31,485 bases of DNA from a virus. Its lineage: Duplodnaviria; Caudoviricetes. The stretch is taken from IMG/VR virus record IMGVR_UViG_3300044512_000254, positions 1-31,485 of that record; one strand, written 5' to 3'. Position numbers and translations under genes: made by a program. This document shows positions 22,953-31,485 of the stretch, piece after piece. The notes under the pieces are model-generated. The model saw only the letters and a program-made list of their open reading frames with translations. It did no database searches and was not told the origin of the DNA. Each line of letters starts with the position of its first letter. The stretch's first letter is position 1.

Positions 22953-25823
22953 TTAGTCTCCTAAAATTTCTTGTTTACGTTGTTCGATATAAGCTATAAC
23001 TTCAGGAATAATTTGTCTGTTTTCTTCAACAACTAAAGGTAAAGACATTGATCGTTTAAGAACCCTATCAATATCTCTGTTAAATTTATTTTTAACTTCT
23101 TGTCTGATGATACTAAGCTTTTGAGCTGTATCTTTTTCTCTACCTGTTTGAGGAAAGAAACTTAAAGGCTGTCCAATCATATCAGCACTAAGAGAACCAA
23201 CAGCAGTTCTAAAATCAGATTTTAAATCTCTATCTTCTCTTTTTGCTTTGTTAATTCTTCTACCTCGAACTTGAGTTTCTTGACCGAATAATTCAAAACC
23301 TGTTTTATCCATGTCATCATCGGCTGCTAATAAACTTGGAGCAGGAGAAGGTGCAGGGGTAGGAGCAGGTGCAGGAGCTTGAGTTTTGGGACTTATATTT
23401 TTAAGTTCGTTATAAGTGTCTTCTCCAAAAATCTTTTTAACATAGTCTTGAGTTTCCTTTCTTAGTTTACTAAAGTCTCTTCCACCTGCTATCCATTCAT
23501 TAATCGTACCCGGTCCTGCATTGTAAGCCATAGCTGCAGTTACTAAGTCTCCATTATACTCTTTAGTTAATGCATCAAAATAGTCTGTACCTACTCTTAC
23601 ATTTTCTTCAGGAGATATTGACCCATCGGCATTTCTTACTGCTGGTTTAACACCAAATCCGGGCTTATCTGCAGTTGAATCTTTTAATTGCATTAAGCCT
23701 TTAGCACCATGATTACTTACAGCATCAGGATCACCTGAGCTTTCTACTTCTATAATTTTATTAATAATAGGTCTATCAGAAATATTTATATCTGTTTCAA
23801 AAGTAAAGCCTTGAGTTATATTCTTAGTAGGCACTGTAGCTGCTTCAGGTTCTACTTCAAGTATAACTTCTTCAGGTAAATAACCTAATATCTCTGATAC
23901 ACTTTTTGTTGGTGTTACAGTTTCTAATTGGTTTAACATAGAATTTAAAGCAGAATTACTTTCTCTAAGTTTTTGAATTGTATTAATATTTGGATTACGT
24001 TTAACAACCCCATCAATAATTATAGCAGCATTCATTAATAAATTTTCTTTAGCTTCTATGCTTTCAGGATTATTACCTAAAGTTTCCCATGCTAAGTTGT
24101 ATTGTCTACCTGCTTTTTCTTGTTTAAGCATGTCAACATTATTAGTTTTATTATCTGTAACTGATTGAGAAACATTTAATTGTTTAAAAGATGTATCACT
24201 AAACGGTTTAAATACAAGTTCGTCATTCTTATCTACTTCTAGCTTTCTTAGTTCTTGAGTAAACTTAAGATTTAAAGCTGCTTGATATTCCTCTTCAGTT
24301 ATTATACCTTTATCTTTATTTCTTTCTAGATCATACATAGTGTATGCTAAGTTAGTCTGCATTGTAGATACAACTCCTTTAAATTTATAATCAGGATTTG
24401 CAGTATCTGTTTGTACAAAAAATTGATCAAGTACATTAACTAAAGATTTTATATCAGCATCTTCAGATTTTTTTTCTATTTTAGATAAATATGTAGGATT
24501 ATCTAAATTACTCTTAATAGTTTTAACTGTATTTAATGCTTTATTTTGATAATCAGATTGAACAGCATCATCTAAGTTTAAGAAAGATTTAACAGAATCA
24601 GACCAGAGTTGAGGATTAGCATCAACAATAGCTTTACCTCCTGACGTACCCATTGCCTGTAATAAAATGCTATCATTAATTGGTTGTCCACTATTTACAG
24701 CATTTATAACATATGGTAAAGGACTTGAAGCAGTAAAGTCAATATCCATATCAGGGAATCTGTCTTTTAATAAAGTTAATATTTTATCTTTATCTGAAGT
24801 TTGCTTAGAAAGAATGTCTGCATAATTAAGGAACTCACCCATTTGATCTACGTTAACATCTGTAGCAAAAGGTCTACGAGCTTCCATCCATAATTCAGTT
24901 GGATTAATACGTTCATTTTTTTGATAAGCTTCTTTAACTAACATATCAAATCTAGCTTCAATTCTTTCAGGGTTATTAATCTGCATTGAAGTTTTATTAA
25001 TCAACGGAGTAATTGCAGCTTTAATTGTTGCGTATGGAACTTTAGAGTTTAATAACATAGTTCTTAAAGCTTCATCAGTTTGAGCAGGAACTGTTTCTGT
25101 TTTAGCTCCACCAGCTATAATTTGTTTTCTTGTAGCTAGTGCTGCACTTAAAGCTGTATTATCTTCTGTGATTGTATTGTAAGTAGTTGTAGTCAGATCA
25201 TAATACTCATCATCTTTACCTCGAAGAATACCAATGGTTGAAAAAGTAGGTTTAGTATCTTTAATAGTTTGTAATCCAGTTACAGCAGCATTTGTATAAG
25301 TATCATCATATTTATCAAAACTACTACCAGAGTTCCAAAGTTCTTCTGCTCTTTTTAATTCTTTATTATAGCTATTAGTTAAAGTAATACGTTCTTCAGG
25401 AGTTATCATACCACTAGCAAAAGCTGTATCAATATCTTTAATACCAGTAAATTTATATTTAGAAATATCTGGAGAAGTAAAAGCTCTAGAAGCTGCTTGA
25501 GCTGACCAAATATTTTCAGGTGTACCATACTTATCTAATAAACCTAAACGTTCTTCTTGAATTGCATTACCTTGTGCTAAGTTAGCAGCATAATTAATAG
25601 TCTTTGGTAAGTTAGTGATATGCATTTGTTTAAGTCTATTCTCTGAATTATTAACAAATTCTTGAGCACCAAGACCTAGTAAAGTTTTCCAATCTTCTCT
25701 ACGCTGTTGTTTTTTCATATCTTTTCGATATGCAGCAGCTTGTTGGTTTTTCCAATTACGAGTTGACTGTACCATATAATCAGCATACTCAACTGAATTC
25801 ATCTCTTTAATATCTTTAGACAT
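22953..25823 (-). CDS. internal virion protein with lytic transglycosylase (SLT) domain
   Basis: IIEVESSG...GAKGLMQL...AAMAYNAGPG...ETQDYV at about 23430-23770. Confidence 0.85.
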   Translation of the reverse strand: MSKDIKEMNSVEYADYMVQSTRNWKNQQAAAYRKDMKKQQRREDWKTLLGLGAQEFVNNSENRLKQMHITNLPKTINYAANLAQGNAIQEERLGLLDKYGTPENIWSAQAASRAFTSPDISKYKFTGIKDIDTAFASGMITPEERITLTNSYNKELKRAEELWNSGSSFDKYDDTYTNAAVTGLQTIKDTKPTFSTIGILRGKDDEYYDLTTTTYNTITEDNTALSAALATRKQIIAGGAKTETVPAQTDEALRTMLLNSKVPYATIKAAITPLINKTSMQINNPERIEARFDMLVKEAYQKNERINPTELWMEARRPFATDVNVDQMGEFLNYADILSKQTSDKDKILTLLKDRFPDMDIDFTASSPLPYVINAVNSGQPINDSILLQAMGTSGGKAIVDANPQLWSDSVKSFLNLDDAVQSDYQNKALNTVKTIKSNLDNPTYLSKIEKKSEDADIKSLVNVLDQFFVQTDTANPDYKFKGVVSTMQTNLAYTMYDLERNKDKGIITEEEYQAALNLKFTQELRKLEVDKNDELVFKPFSDTSFKQLNVSQSVTDNKTNNVDMLKQEKAGRQYNLAWETLGNNPESIEAKENLLMNAAIIIDGVVKRNPNINTIQKLRESNSALNSMLNQLETVTPTKSVSEILGYLPEEVILEVEPEAATVPTKNITQGFTFETDINISDRPIINKIIEVESSGDPDAVSNHGAKGLMQLKDSTADKPGFGVKPAVRNADGSISPEENVRVGTDYFDALTKEYNGDLVTAAMAYNAGPGTINEWIAGGRDFSKLRKETQDYVKKIFGEDTYNELKNISPKTQAPAPAPTPAPSPAPSLLAADDDMDKTGFELFGQETQVRGRRINKAKREDRDLKSDFRTAVGSLSADMIGQPLSFFPQTGREKDTAQKLSIIRQEVKNKFNRDIDRVLKRSMSLPLVVEENRQIIPEVIAYIEQRKQEILGD

Positions 25824-25826
25824 ATT

Positions 25827-26411
25827 TTACCTACTTAATAAACTTTTTACTTCTTCTACTGGAGCTTCTTCAACTGCCTTTTTTAATTCAGGCTTTAAAG
25901 CTGCTGATTTTTGCATACCTTCTAAGTCAGCATCCTGTTTAGAATGCTTATACATTTTTGTTATGTCTTGCATAACGTTACCAACCTTAGCTGTTTCTTC
26001 TGCATCAAGGTCTTCTAATTCAACATCATCATCATCAAATTCATAATCAATATTAACTCTTTCAGCCATAGCCATAATAAATAATACTAAAGGCTCATAA
26101 GCTAACATCATTAAATCAGGAGTTAGTTTACCTTCTGTAAAATTAGTATACAAAATCATTTGAGCCAACGAATCTACTGTCTGACCTCTAGCTAAAAGCT
26201 TCATCATTTCTGTATATGTATCAGCTTCTAAAAGAATATCTGCAAAGTAAAGCATTAAATCATCAATGCTTGTAAACTCAGGAGGTCTTTCAAATGCATG
26301 AGGCTTGTCAGGACTGTTAGTTAAAGATTGTCCCGGTATCGGAGCATCAAAGAAATTAACTTCCTGTAAAGCTTGTGAATTCATTTCTTGTTGAAATTGT
26401 TGTTTCTTCAT
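25827..26411 (-). CDS. putative virion protein
   Basis: 194-aa ORF (DAPIPGQSLT...ERPP) tightly packed in the virion operon. Confidence 0.7.
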   Translation of the reverse strand: MKKQQFQQEMNSQALQEVNFFDAPIPGQSLTNSPDKPHAFERPPEFTSIDDLMLYFADILLEADTYTEMMKLLARGQTVDSLAQMILYTNFTEGKLTPDLMMLAYEPLVLFIMAMAERVNIDYEFDDDDVELEDLDAEETAKVGNVMQDITKMYKHSKQDADLEGMQKSAALKPELKKAVEEAPVEEVKSLLSR

Positions 26412-26413
26412 AA

Positions 26414-27709
26414 TTAATTACCTGCTCCTTGAGTATAAGCTGGAACATATGCTTGTAAAAATTCACTACCGGGATTTAAGTATTTATTTAAATCATAACT
26501 TTGACTAGCTAAATCATATGTATTAATATTTTGAGGATGGAAACCATAGCTACCTGATGATAAATTAGTTTGTTTCATTTTACTAATATCTGTGTTCCAA
26601 TCAGTATCTGTTCCAAAACTGGCAATAGGATTAACATTTATTTTTCCAAGCTCTTGAATTGCAAGTCCTGATGCATAATAATTAGTTCCGGGTTCGTAGT
26701 CAACTGTATCGTCTCTTAACATTCCACTAACTACATTATTAGCTTGATAGATTGTACCGATTCTTGAGTTACCAAAAATATTTCCTAAAGGATTTTCTTT
26801 GTCAGTAATAGTACTCATAAGATCATTAGGTGTTAAAGTCCATGAACCTTCATAAGCTTGTCTAACATCATCAAGAGTTACATCAGACCAGTCAACATCT
26901 TTACCAGCAATCTTACCAAGCTTTTGTTCAAAGATACCTTTAGGTTTTGTAGTATCGAGTAAGCTTGGTGTTTGACCAGCATCAGTTAAACTTGTTAAGT
27001 CTTTCATGTCAGTAGCTATTGGAATGTTTCCTGAGCTATCAACACCAAATAAGTTTTTAGGGTCGTTATAAAACTTACCTTCTAAAACAGAAGTACTACT
27101 TAAAGCATCTCTTTGATTGAGTAAGAAGTTATCTGTAGCTGGTCCTTTATATCCACTAGCTACAATGTCATTTAAAGCTCCTTCTGTTTTTAATAATGGG
27201 CTGTCTCCAAGGTTAGGATACTTAGCATCAAAAGCTTTAACATCTTCAAATAAACTAGCTGTATCTTCTCCCATTGGAATACCACCCGGACCAGTAACCA
27301 TCTTAGGTCCAAAAGCTTTTTGAACTCCTAACTTTTCAGCTACAAAATTGTGTGCATCTTTAAATAAGTTAGTTGCGTTAGTTACTAAATCTTTGGTAGG
27401 ACCAAAAGAATTTAATCCTTGCATCATAGCTTTAACAGGACTTAAAACAACATTACCTACGGTACTTGCCATCTTATGTAAAGTTTGAGCTGCTTGACCT
27501 ATAAACGATGTAGCAGGGGAGGCTGCTCCTAATCCTGCCCACCACGATCCTAGATAAGGCATAGCAAACATTAAAGCCATAGAACCTAAAGGTCCCATTT
27601 TATTTAATAGTTTACTAATTCCAAGTTTGTCTAAAGCTTTACTAAAAACTTTACCAACTTTTTTAATGCCTTTTTTAATTTTTTTAAATGCTTTTTTTAT
27701 AAATTTCAT
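26414..27709 (-). CDS. putative internal virion/DNA-ejection protein with amphipathic N-terminus
   Basis: Lys-rich amphipathic helix followed by a hydrophobic Gly/Ala segment. Confidence 0.6.
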   Translation of the reverse strand: MKFIKKAFKKIKKGIKKVGKVFSKALDKLGISKLLNKMGPLGSMALMFAMPYLGSWWAGLGAASPATSFIGQAAQTLHKMASTVGNVVLSPVKAMMQGLNSFGPTKDLVTNATNLFKDAHNFVAEKLGVQKAFGPKMVTGPGGIPMGEDTASLFEDVKAFDAKYPNLGDSPLLKTEGALNDIVASGYKGPATDNFLLNQRDALSSTSVLEGKFYNDPKNLFGVDSSGNIPIATDMKDLTSLTDAGQTPSLLDTTKPKGIFEQKLGKIAGKDVDWSDVTLDDVRQAYEGSWTLTPNDLMSTITDKENPLGNIFGNSRIGTIYQANNVVSGMLRDDTVDYEPGTNYYASGLAIQELGKINVNPIASFGTDTDWNTDISKMKQTNLSSGSYGFHPQNINTYDLASQSYDLNKYLNPGSEFLQAYVPAYTQGAGN

Positions 27710-27712
27710 TTC

Positions 27713-30133
27713 TTAACCTGTATTTGTAAATCTATTTAATACTGATAATGCTGAATCTAAATTAGTAGACCAGTTTTTTCCTTGATATGAACCACCTTCG
27801 TTACCTAAAGCTGCTATAGCAATAGATATTTTACGCTGTGCTTCGTTTTCAGTTCTTTGGAAATCAAACGTAGCTTGATCTCTTAACTCTTGCCATAAGA
27901 ATTGTTGAGCTTGTGAAGACATGTTAAATGCATTCTGAGCATTTTGTTGATTGACTGCGTTTTGAGCAGCAGTATCAGCTAAGTTAATTTGTCTTCTCCA
28001 TGCAAGATCAGCTTGTTCAATAGCTTGTTGATTAGCTACGTTAAACTTATTGACTTGGAATTCTCTATCAGCATTAAACTGATTAATTTGATTAGCCATT
28101 TGAGCATTAGCTTTTTCAAAGTCTGCATCAACTTGAAACTCTAAAGCTTGTCTAGCATTAATCTGTTGAGTATTAAACTGTGACATACTATTGTTTTGAG
28201 AAGCATTAAACTTATTAATATCAGCAGCTAAACCAGCCATAAACTGTTGTGTCTGATTTTCACTAGAAGCATTAAATTGTCTAGCAGCATTTGTTGCAGC
28301 TTGATTGCTTAGTAACGTTTGTTGAGCTTGTTGTGCTTTAATTACGTTAGCTTGTTGTTGGTTGTTAAGATTTGTTAAGTCCATCTGCATAAACGCTTGA
28401 GCATTTTGTATCTGTGTCTTTTGATAAAAATCTGCTTCAGCTAAATTAGCTTGAGACATTAAGATAGCATTTTGAATAGTTGCTTGTTGCTGGTTGTTTG
28501 CTTCTGTTAAGCCAACACTTTGCATAAACTTACTATTTGATAAAGCTACTTGTTGCTCATTACTTAAATTAGCCATGTCCATTTGAAAAACAGTACTAGC
28601 ATTTTGAAGTGCTGCCTGTTGTCTAAACTGAGCATTAGTTAATTCAGCTTGAGCTTCAATTGATTTTTGTTGTCCTACACTTGCTTGAATAGCTTGAGCA
28701 TTAGCTTGTGCTAAAGGAACAGCAGATTGTATAATAGCATTAAGCAAGGCATCTCTACCTACAGTAGAAGCTGACATACCACGCTGTGCTAACATAGCTT
28801 CTACACTAGCTACAGCAGGGGCTGCCCATGTAGGAACCTCCCCTTTTTCAATGCCACTTAATAAACTATCTAGCTGATTAGATACTAAAGCTTCTTCAGG
28901 AAGACCAGCAATCATACCTCTTTCAGCTTCACTAAAGTCCATTAACCTTTCTTCTAAGGCTTCAGGGTCGTTACCTAATTCAGCAATATCTGCAGAACTT
29001 AATCCTGCGTTAGCTAATTGTTTCTTAGCTCTTGTAACTCTTGCTAAAGTTGTACCTGCTACTTGAGCAGCTTCAGCTTTTGCTTCAGGACTAACGGTTC
29101 CTACAACTGCTTCAATCAAAGCACCTTCAGGTATCTCAACCTTAGCAGCTTCAATAGGAGCTACACGTTCTACTTCTGCAGCTTCAGCTAATGCTTCAGG
29201 TCTTACTTCGCCTTCAGCTACAGCAACTTCAGGAGCTTCTGTAATCTGTGCTTCTTCCATCTGTGCAGCAGTTAAAGGAATAGGAGCTTCTGCTTGCTCT
29301 ACACCAGTAACAACTTGAGCTTCAGGAGCTTCAGGTGCTACTGCTTCAACAGCTTCTAATTCTGTTGGAACATCCATTTTCCTAGCAACACCAGCTTTAC
29401 CAGCTTCTACTTTAACAGCATCAGGAACTTGAGGAACACCTGTTATATCTCCAGAGACTAACTGTTCTGCTCTTGTTCTAGCATCTACTAAATCTTCTTG
29501 GGTTTGAGCAGCAGTTTCTTCTGCAGCTTTTCTTTCTGCTTCAGCTTTTTGTTGAGCTTGTTCAATAGCAGCTTGTTGTTCAGGAGTAAATCTGTAACCA
29601 CCTCTATCTAAGTCACCTCTAAAAGCTTTTTGAGCAGCTTCCTGCCCTATTCTGGTAATAGTTTCTCTATCAGGCAGAACAAAATCTTCTGCAATTAACT
29701 CAGGTCTTATAACGGGTGCTGGTGTCGGTGCAGGTGTTGGTGCTCTTGTAGGAGCTGGGGCTGGTGTTGGAGCTGGAGTAGGTCTTGGAGCAGGAGTTGG
29801 TTCTCTTGTAGGAGCAGGTACTCTGCTAACTGGCACATCAATAGGCTCTGGTCTATAAACTGGAGTAGGTCTAGGTGCTGGTCTAGGAGCTGGTGAAGGC
29901 GTTGGTCTAGGAGCAGGTCTTGGAGCTGGAGCTGGTGCTCTTCTGGGAGCAGGTGTAGGAGCTGGTTTAGTTGGAACTGCTTTAAAGTTTTCTAAAACTT
30001 CACCAGTTTCTCTATCTACTACAACCTTTCCAAGCCTATACCCAACTCTACCGCCTTGACTCATGTCTACACGACCATCAGTTTTATAAGTAGCTCTGTA
30101 CTTTTTAGTTCTTTTCTTTTTATTTTTTGGCAT
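27713..30133 (-). CDS. putative internal virion protein (Pro-rich linker, Q/N/A-rich coiled coil)
   Basis: PAP(R/T)P repeats, E/A-rich middle region, repeated QFNA-like heptads. Confidence 0.65.
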   Translation of the reverse strand: MPKNKKKRTKKYRATYKTDGRVDMSQGGRVGYRLGKVVVDRETGEVLENFKAVPTKPAPTPAPRRAPAPAPRPAPRPTPSPAPRPAPRPTPVYRPEPIDVPVSRVPAPTREPTPAPRPTPAPTPAPAPTRAPTPAPTPAPVIRPELIAEDFVLPDRETITRIGQEAAQKAFRGDLDRGGYRFTPEQQAAIEQAQQKAEAERKAAEETAAQTQEDLVDARTRAEQLVSGDITGVPQVPDAVKVEAGKAGVARKMDVPTELEAVEAVAPEAPEAQVVTGVEQAEAPIPLTAAQMEEAQITEAPEVAVAEGEVRPEALAEAAEVERVAPIEAAKVEIPEGALIEAVVGTVSPEAKAEAAQVAGTTLARVTRAKKQLANAGLSSADIAELGNDPEALEERLMDFSEAERGMIAGLPEEALVSNQLDSLLSGIEKGEVPTWAAPAVASVEAMLAQRGMSASTVGRDALLNAIIQSAVPLAQANAQAIQASVGQQKSIEAQAELTNAQFRQQAALQNASTVFQMDMANLSNEQQVALSNSKFMQSVGLTEANNQQQATIQNAILMSQANLAEADFYQKTQIQNAQAFMQMDLTNLNNQQQANVIKAQQAQQTLLSNQAATNAARQFNASSENQTQQFMAGLAADINKFNASQNNSMSQFNTQQINARQALEFQVDADFEKANAQMANQINQFNADREFQVNKFNVANQQAIEQADLAWRRQINLADTAAQNAVNQQNAQNAFNMSSQAQQFLWQELRDQATFDFQRTENEAQRKISIAIAALGNEGGSYQGKNWSTNLDSALSVLNRFTNTG
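29712..29975 (-). repeat. degenerate tandem repeat encoding Pro-Ala/Thr/Arg linker
   Basis: Repeated ggagc(a/t)ggt / ggtgc units on the + strand, encoding PAPRPAPRPTPSPAPRP... Confidence 0.75.
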
Positions 30134-30242
30134 TCTTTTTCCTACGTGTTAATTTCTTCAACATTTTTGAAGGCACGGTAGCAATAGAAATAACTAAGGT
30201 CGAAGCAGGAAGCTTCTTAGTTTTTTTCTTCTTTACTACCAT
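30120..30242 (-). CDS. small basic protein (40 aa, MVVKKKKTKKLP...RRKKNAKK)
   Basis: Not in the ORF track. Fills the gap exactly, starts 1 nt after the upstream stop and overlaps the next start. Confidence 0.55.
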   Translation of the reverse strand: MVVKKKKTKKLPASTLVISIATVPSKMLKKLTRRKKNAKK

Positions 30243-30243
30243 T

Positions 30244-30486
30244 TTACTTTACTTCAAAGAGTTTGTCAAGCTTTTCACTGATTTTATCCATTCTTTCCAT
30301 AATGATGGTCATATCGTTTCTTAGCTCATCTTTGGTTACATAATCTTTTGCAATACCTTCACGGGTCTTGTTCAGCAATATATCTTGTCTTCTAAGCTCT
30401 CCAGAGTTCTGCCTAATCTGAAACCAGATAGGGGCTAAGACTAAAGTTATAAAAATGTTCCAAATGATATATGCTGATAGTTCCAT
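30244..30486 (-). CDS. small membrane-anchored coiled-coil protein
   Basis: N-terminal TM (YIIWNIFITLVLAPIWF) followed by heptads (YVTKDEL...MDKISEKLDKL). Confidence 0.7.
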   Translation of the reverse strand: MELSAYIIWNIFITLVLAPIWFQIRQNSGELRRQDILLNKTREGIAKDYVTKDELRNDMTIIMERMDKISEKLDKLFEVK

Positions 30487-30489
30487 GTG

Positions 30490-31110
30490 TTATGCTCCTA
30501 GTTCTGGAAACTCACCTAAAGGTCTTGTGTAAACAGGACTTTCTTCAGTGCCTGTATTTGTATAAGTGTATAAAGCTGCTAAAGCATCTACGTCTGCAGC
30601 ACCATCAATAGCTGTACACATGTCATTAGACTTTGTACGCACTGCAGCTCTCCAAGTTGTAATGTCGCTTGGTACAGCAGTACCACCTTCTGCAGCTCTA
30701 ACCACCATCCAGTCAGTGCCTTGTAAGATACTACCGGCTTGTGCGTTGATAGTATCTTTATAGCCTTGACGGATTCCCGGTTGCTTTACATCGCCTACAG
30801 AAGTATCTTCTGGCATATCTTCATCGCCTTCTGCCCATAGAATATCATCTATAGGTTTAGCAGTTGCCACACCGTATGAAGCTGTTACTACACCATCTGC
30901 AAAGTCAAAGCTTTGATTGGTGTTGATGTAATACTCTTTGTCTTTTAAGTTTGTATTGTCGATAACGATTTCATAAATCCCAATGGCTTCAAGTTCTGAA
31001 GCTGTCCAAAGCATAAAGATATTGCTAGGGTAATTAACTTCCCCTATAGTCATACCTTTAGGTCTTGTAAAGACCTGTGTTACGTTATTTGATTCTACTA
31101 AAGCCCACAT
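30490..31110 (-). CDS. tail fibre assembly chaperone-like protein
   Basis: IL..TDWMVVR...WRAAVR motif, directly downstream of the tail fibre. Confidence 0.65.
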   Translation of the reverse strand: MWALVESNNVTQVFTRPKGMTIGEVNYPSNIFMLWTASELEAIGIYEIVIDNTNLKDKEYYINTNQSFDFADGVVTASYGVATAKPIDDILWAEGDEDMPEDTSVGDVKQPGIRQGYKDTINAQAGSILQGTDWMVVRAAEGGTAVPSDITTWRAAVRTKSNDMCTAIDGAADVDALAALYTYTNTGTEESPVYTRPLGEFPELGA

Positions 31111-31113
31111 AAT

Positions 31114-31485
31114 TTACCTCGCTGTTGTTGGGATTCCTGTTGATGTTGTGAATGGATTTTCTGCAAATGCCATGTAGATGTATTTTGTACCACTAGCATT
31201 ATAATCGCCACCAGAACCTCTTATTTTAAAACCGTTAGACAACATATCTATTCCTGCATCTGTGTCTGTTGCTTCTGCTGAAGTTGAGTATGGAAAAAGT
31301 CTATTAATATTCACGTTGTTAGGACTTCTTGCAGAATCGTATAATCTCCACTGAGATGCATTAGTTCCTTTTGTTAATACAAAAGCAGGTTTAAAGCCTG
31401 TATAGATGAATGGACCATTGTCGTTTCCATTACCGACATAACTGCCAAACTTGCTGTAGCCTTGTATTGAAGTCCACGCATAACA
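31114..31485 (-). CDS. tail fibre protein, C-terminal part (truncated by the window edge)
   Basis: Frame open from 31485: GYSKFGSYVGNG..GPFIYTGFKPAFV...DMLSNGFKIR...YIYMAFAENPF, a pattern recalled from marine phage tail-fibre domains. Confidence 0.8.
   Translation of the reverse strand, partial: CYAWTSIQGYSKFGSYVGNGNDNGPFIYTGFKPAFVLTKGTNASQWRLYDSARSPNNVNINRLFPYSTSAEATDTDAGIDMLSNGFKIRGSGGDYNASGTKYIYMAFAENPFTTSTGIPTTAR

Noticed and set aside
17198-30763. + strand ORFs within the - arm (e.g. 17326-17607, 17722-18078, 22225-22578, 27117-27323, 30127-30324, 30566-30763)
   Set aside because: Ser/Leu/Phe-rich antisense shadows of the virion genes.

Overview
Internal 31.5-kb fragment of an AT-rich, lytic, podovirus-like dsDNA phage, probably marine, with two convergent arms. 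The + arm (1-16224) carries about 25 small early genes. These include a Gp88-type radical-SAM-like protein, a stand-alone WYL-like protein, a DUF3846-like protein and a DenV-like glycosylase. A T7-like replication module follows: SSB, primase-helicase, family A DNA polymerase, T5orf172/GIY-YIG nuclease, PD-(D/E)XK exonuclease, endonuclease I, DUF3310, and class I ribonucleotide reductase nrdA/nrdB. No phage RNA polymerase is present in the window, and several near-consensus sigma70 promoters are visible. The - arm (31485-16216) encodes a tail-fibre end, a tail chaperone, large internal virion/ejection proteins (one with a lytic transglycosylase domain), an M15 peptidase endolysin and a holin. 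The most striking non-coding signal is a family of three H-type RNA pseudoknots with compensatory base changes in three consecutive early intergenic regions (717-752, 1254-1302, 1906-1939). One of them closely mimics the preQ1-I riboswitch scaffold but lacks the ligand-binding loop. A separate, highly structured and pseudoknotted leader of about 140 nt lies in front of ssb. Two virion proteins share a repeated R-x5-GG-x-V motif, and one of them has a degenerate ADP-ribosyltransferase-like module. All family assignments come from motif recognition by eye, not from database searches.
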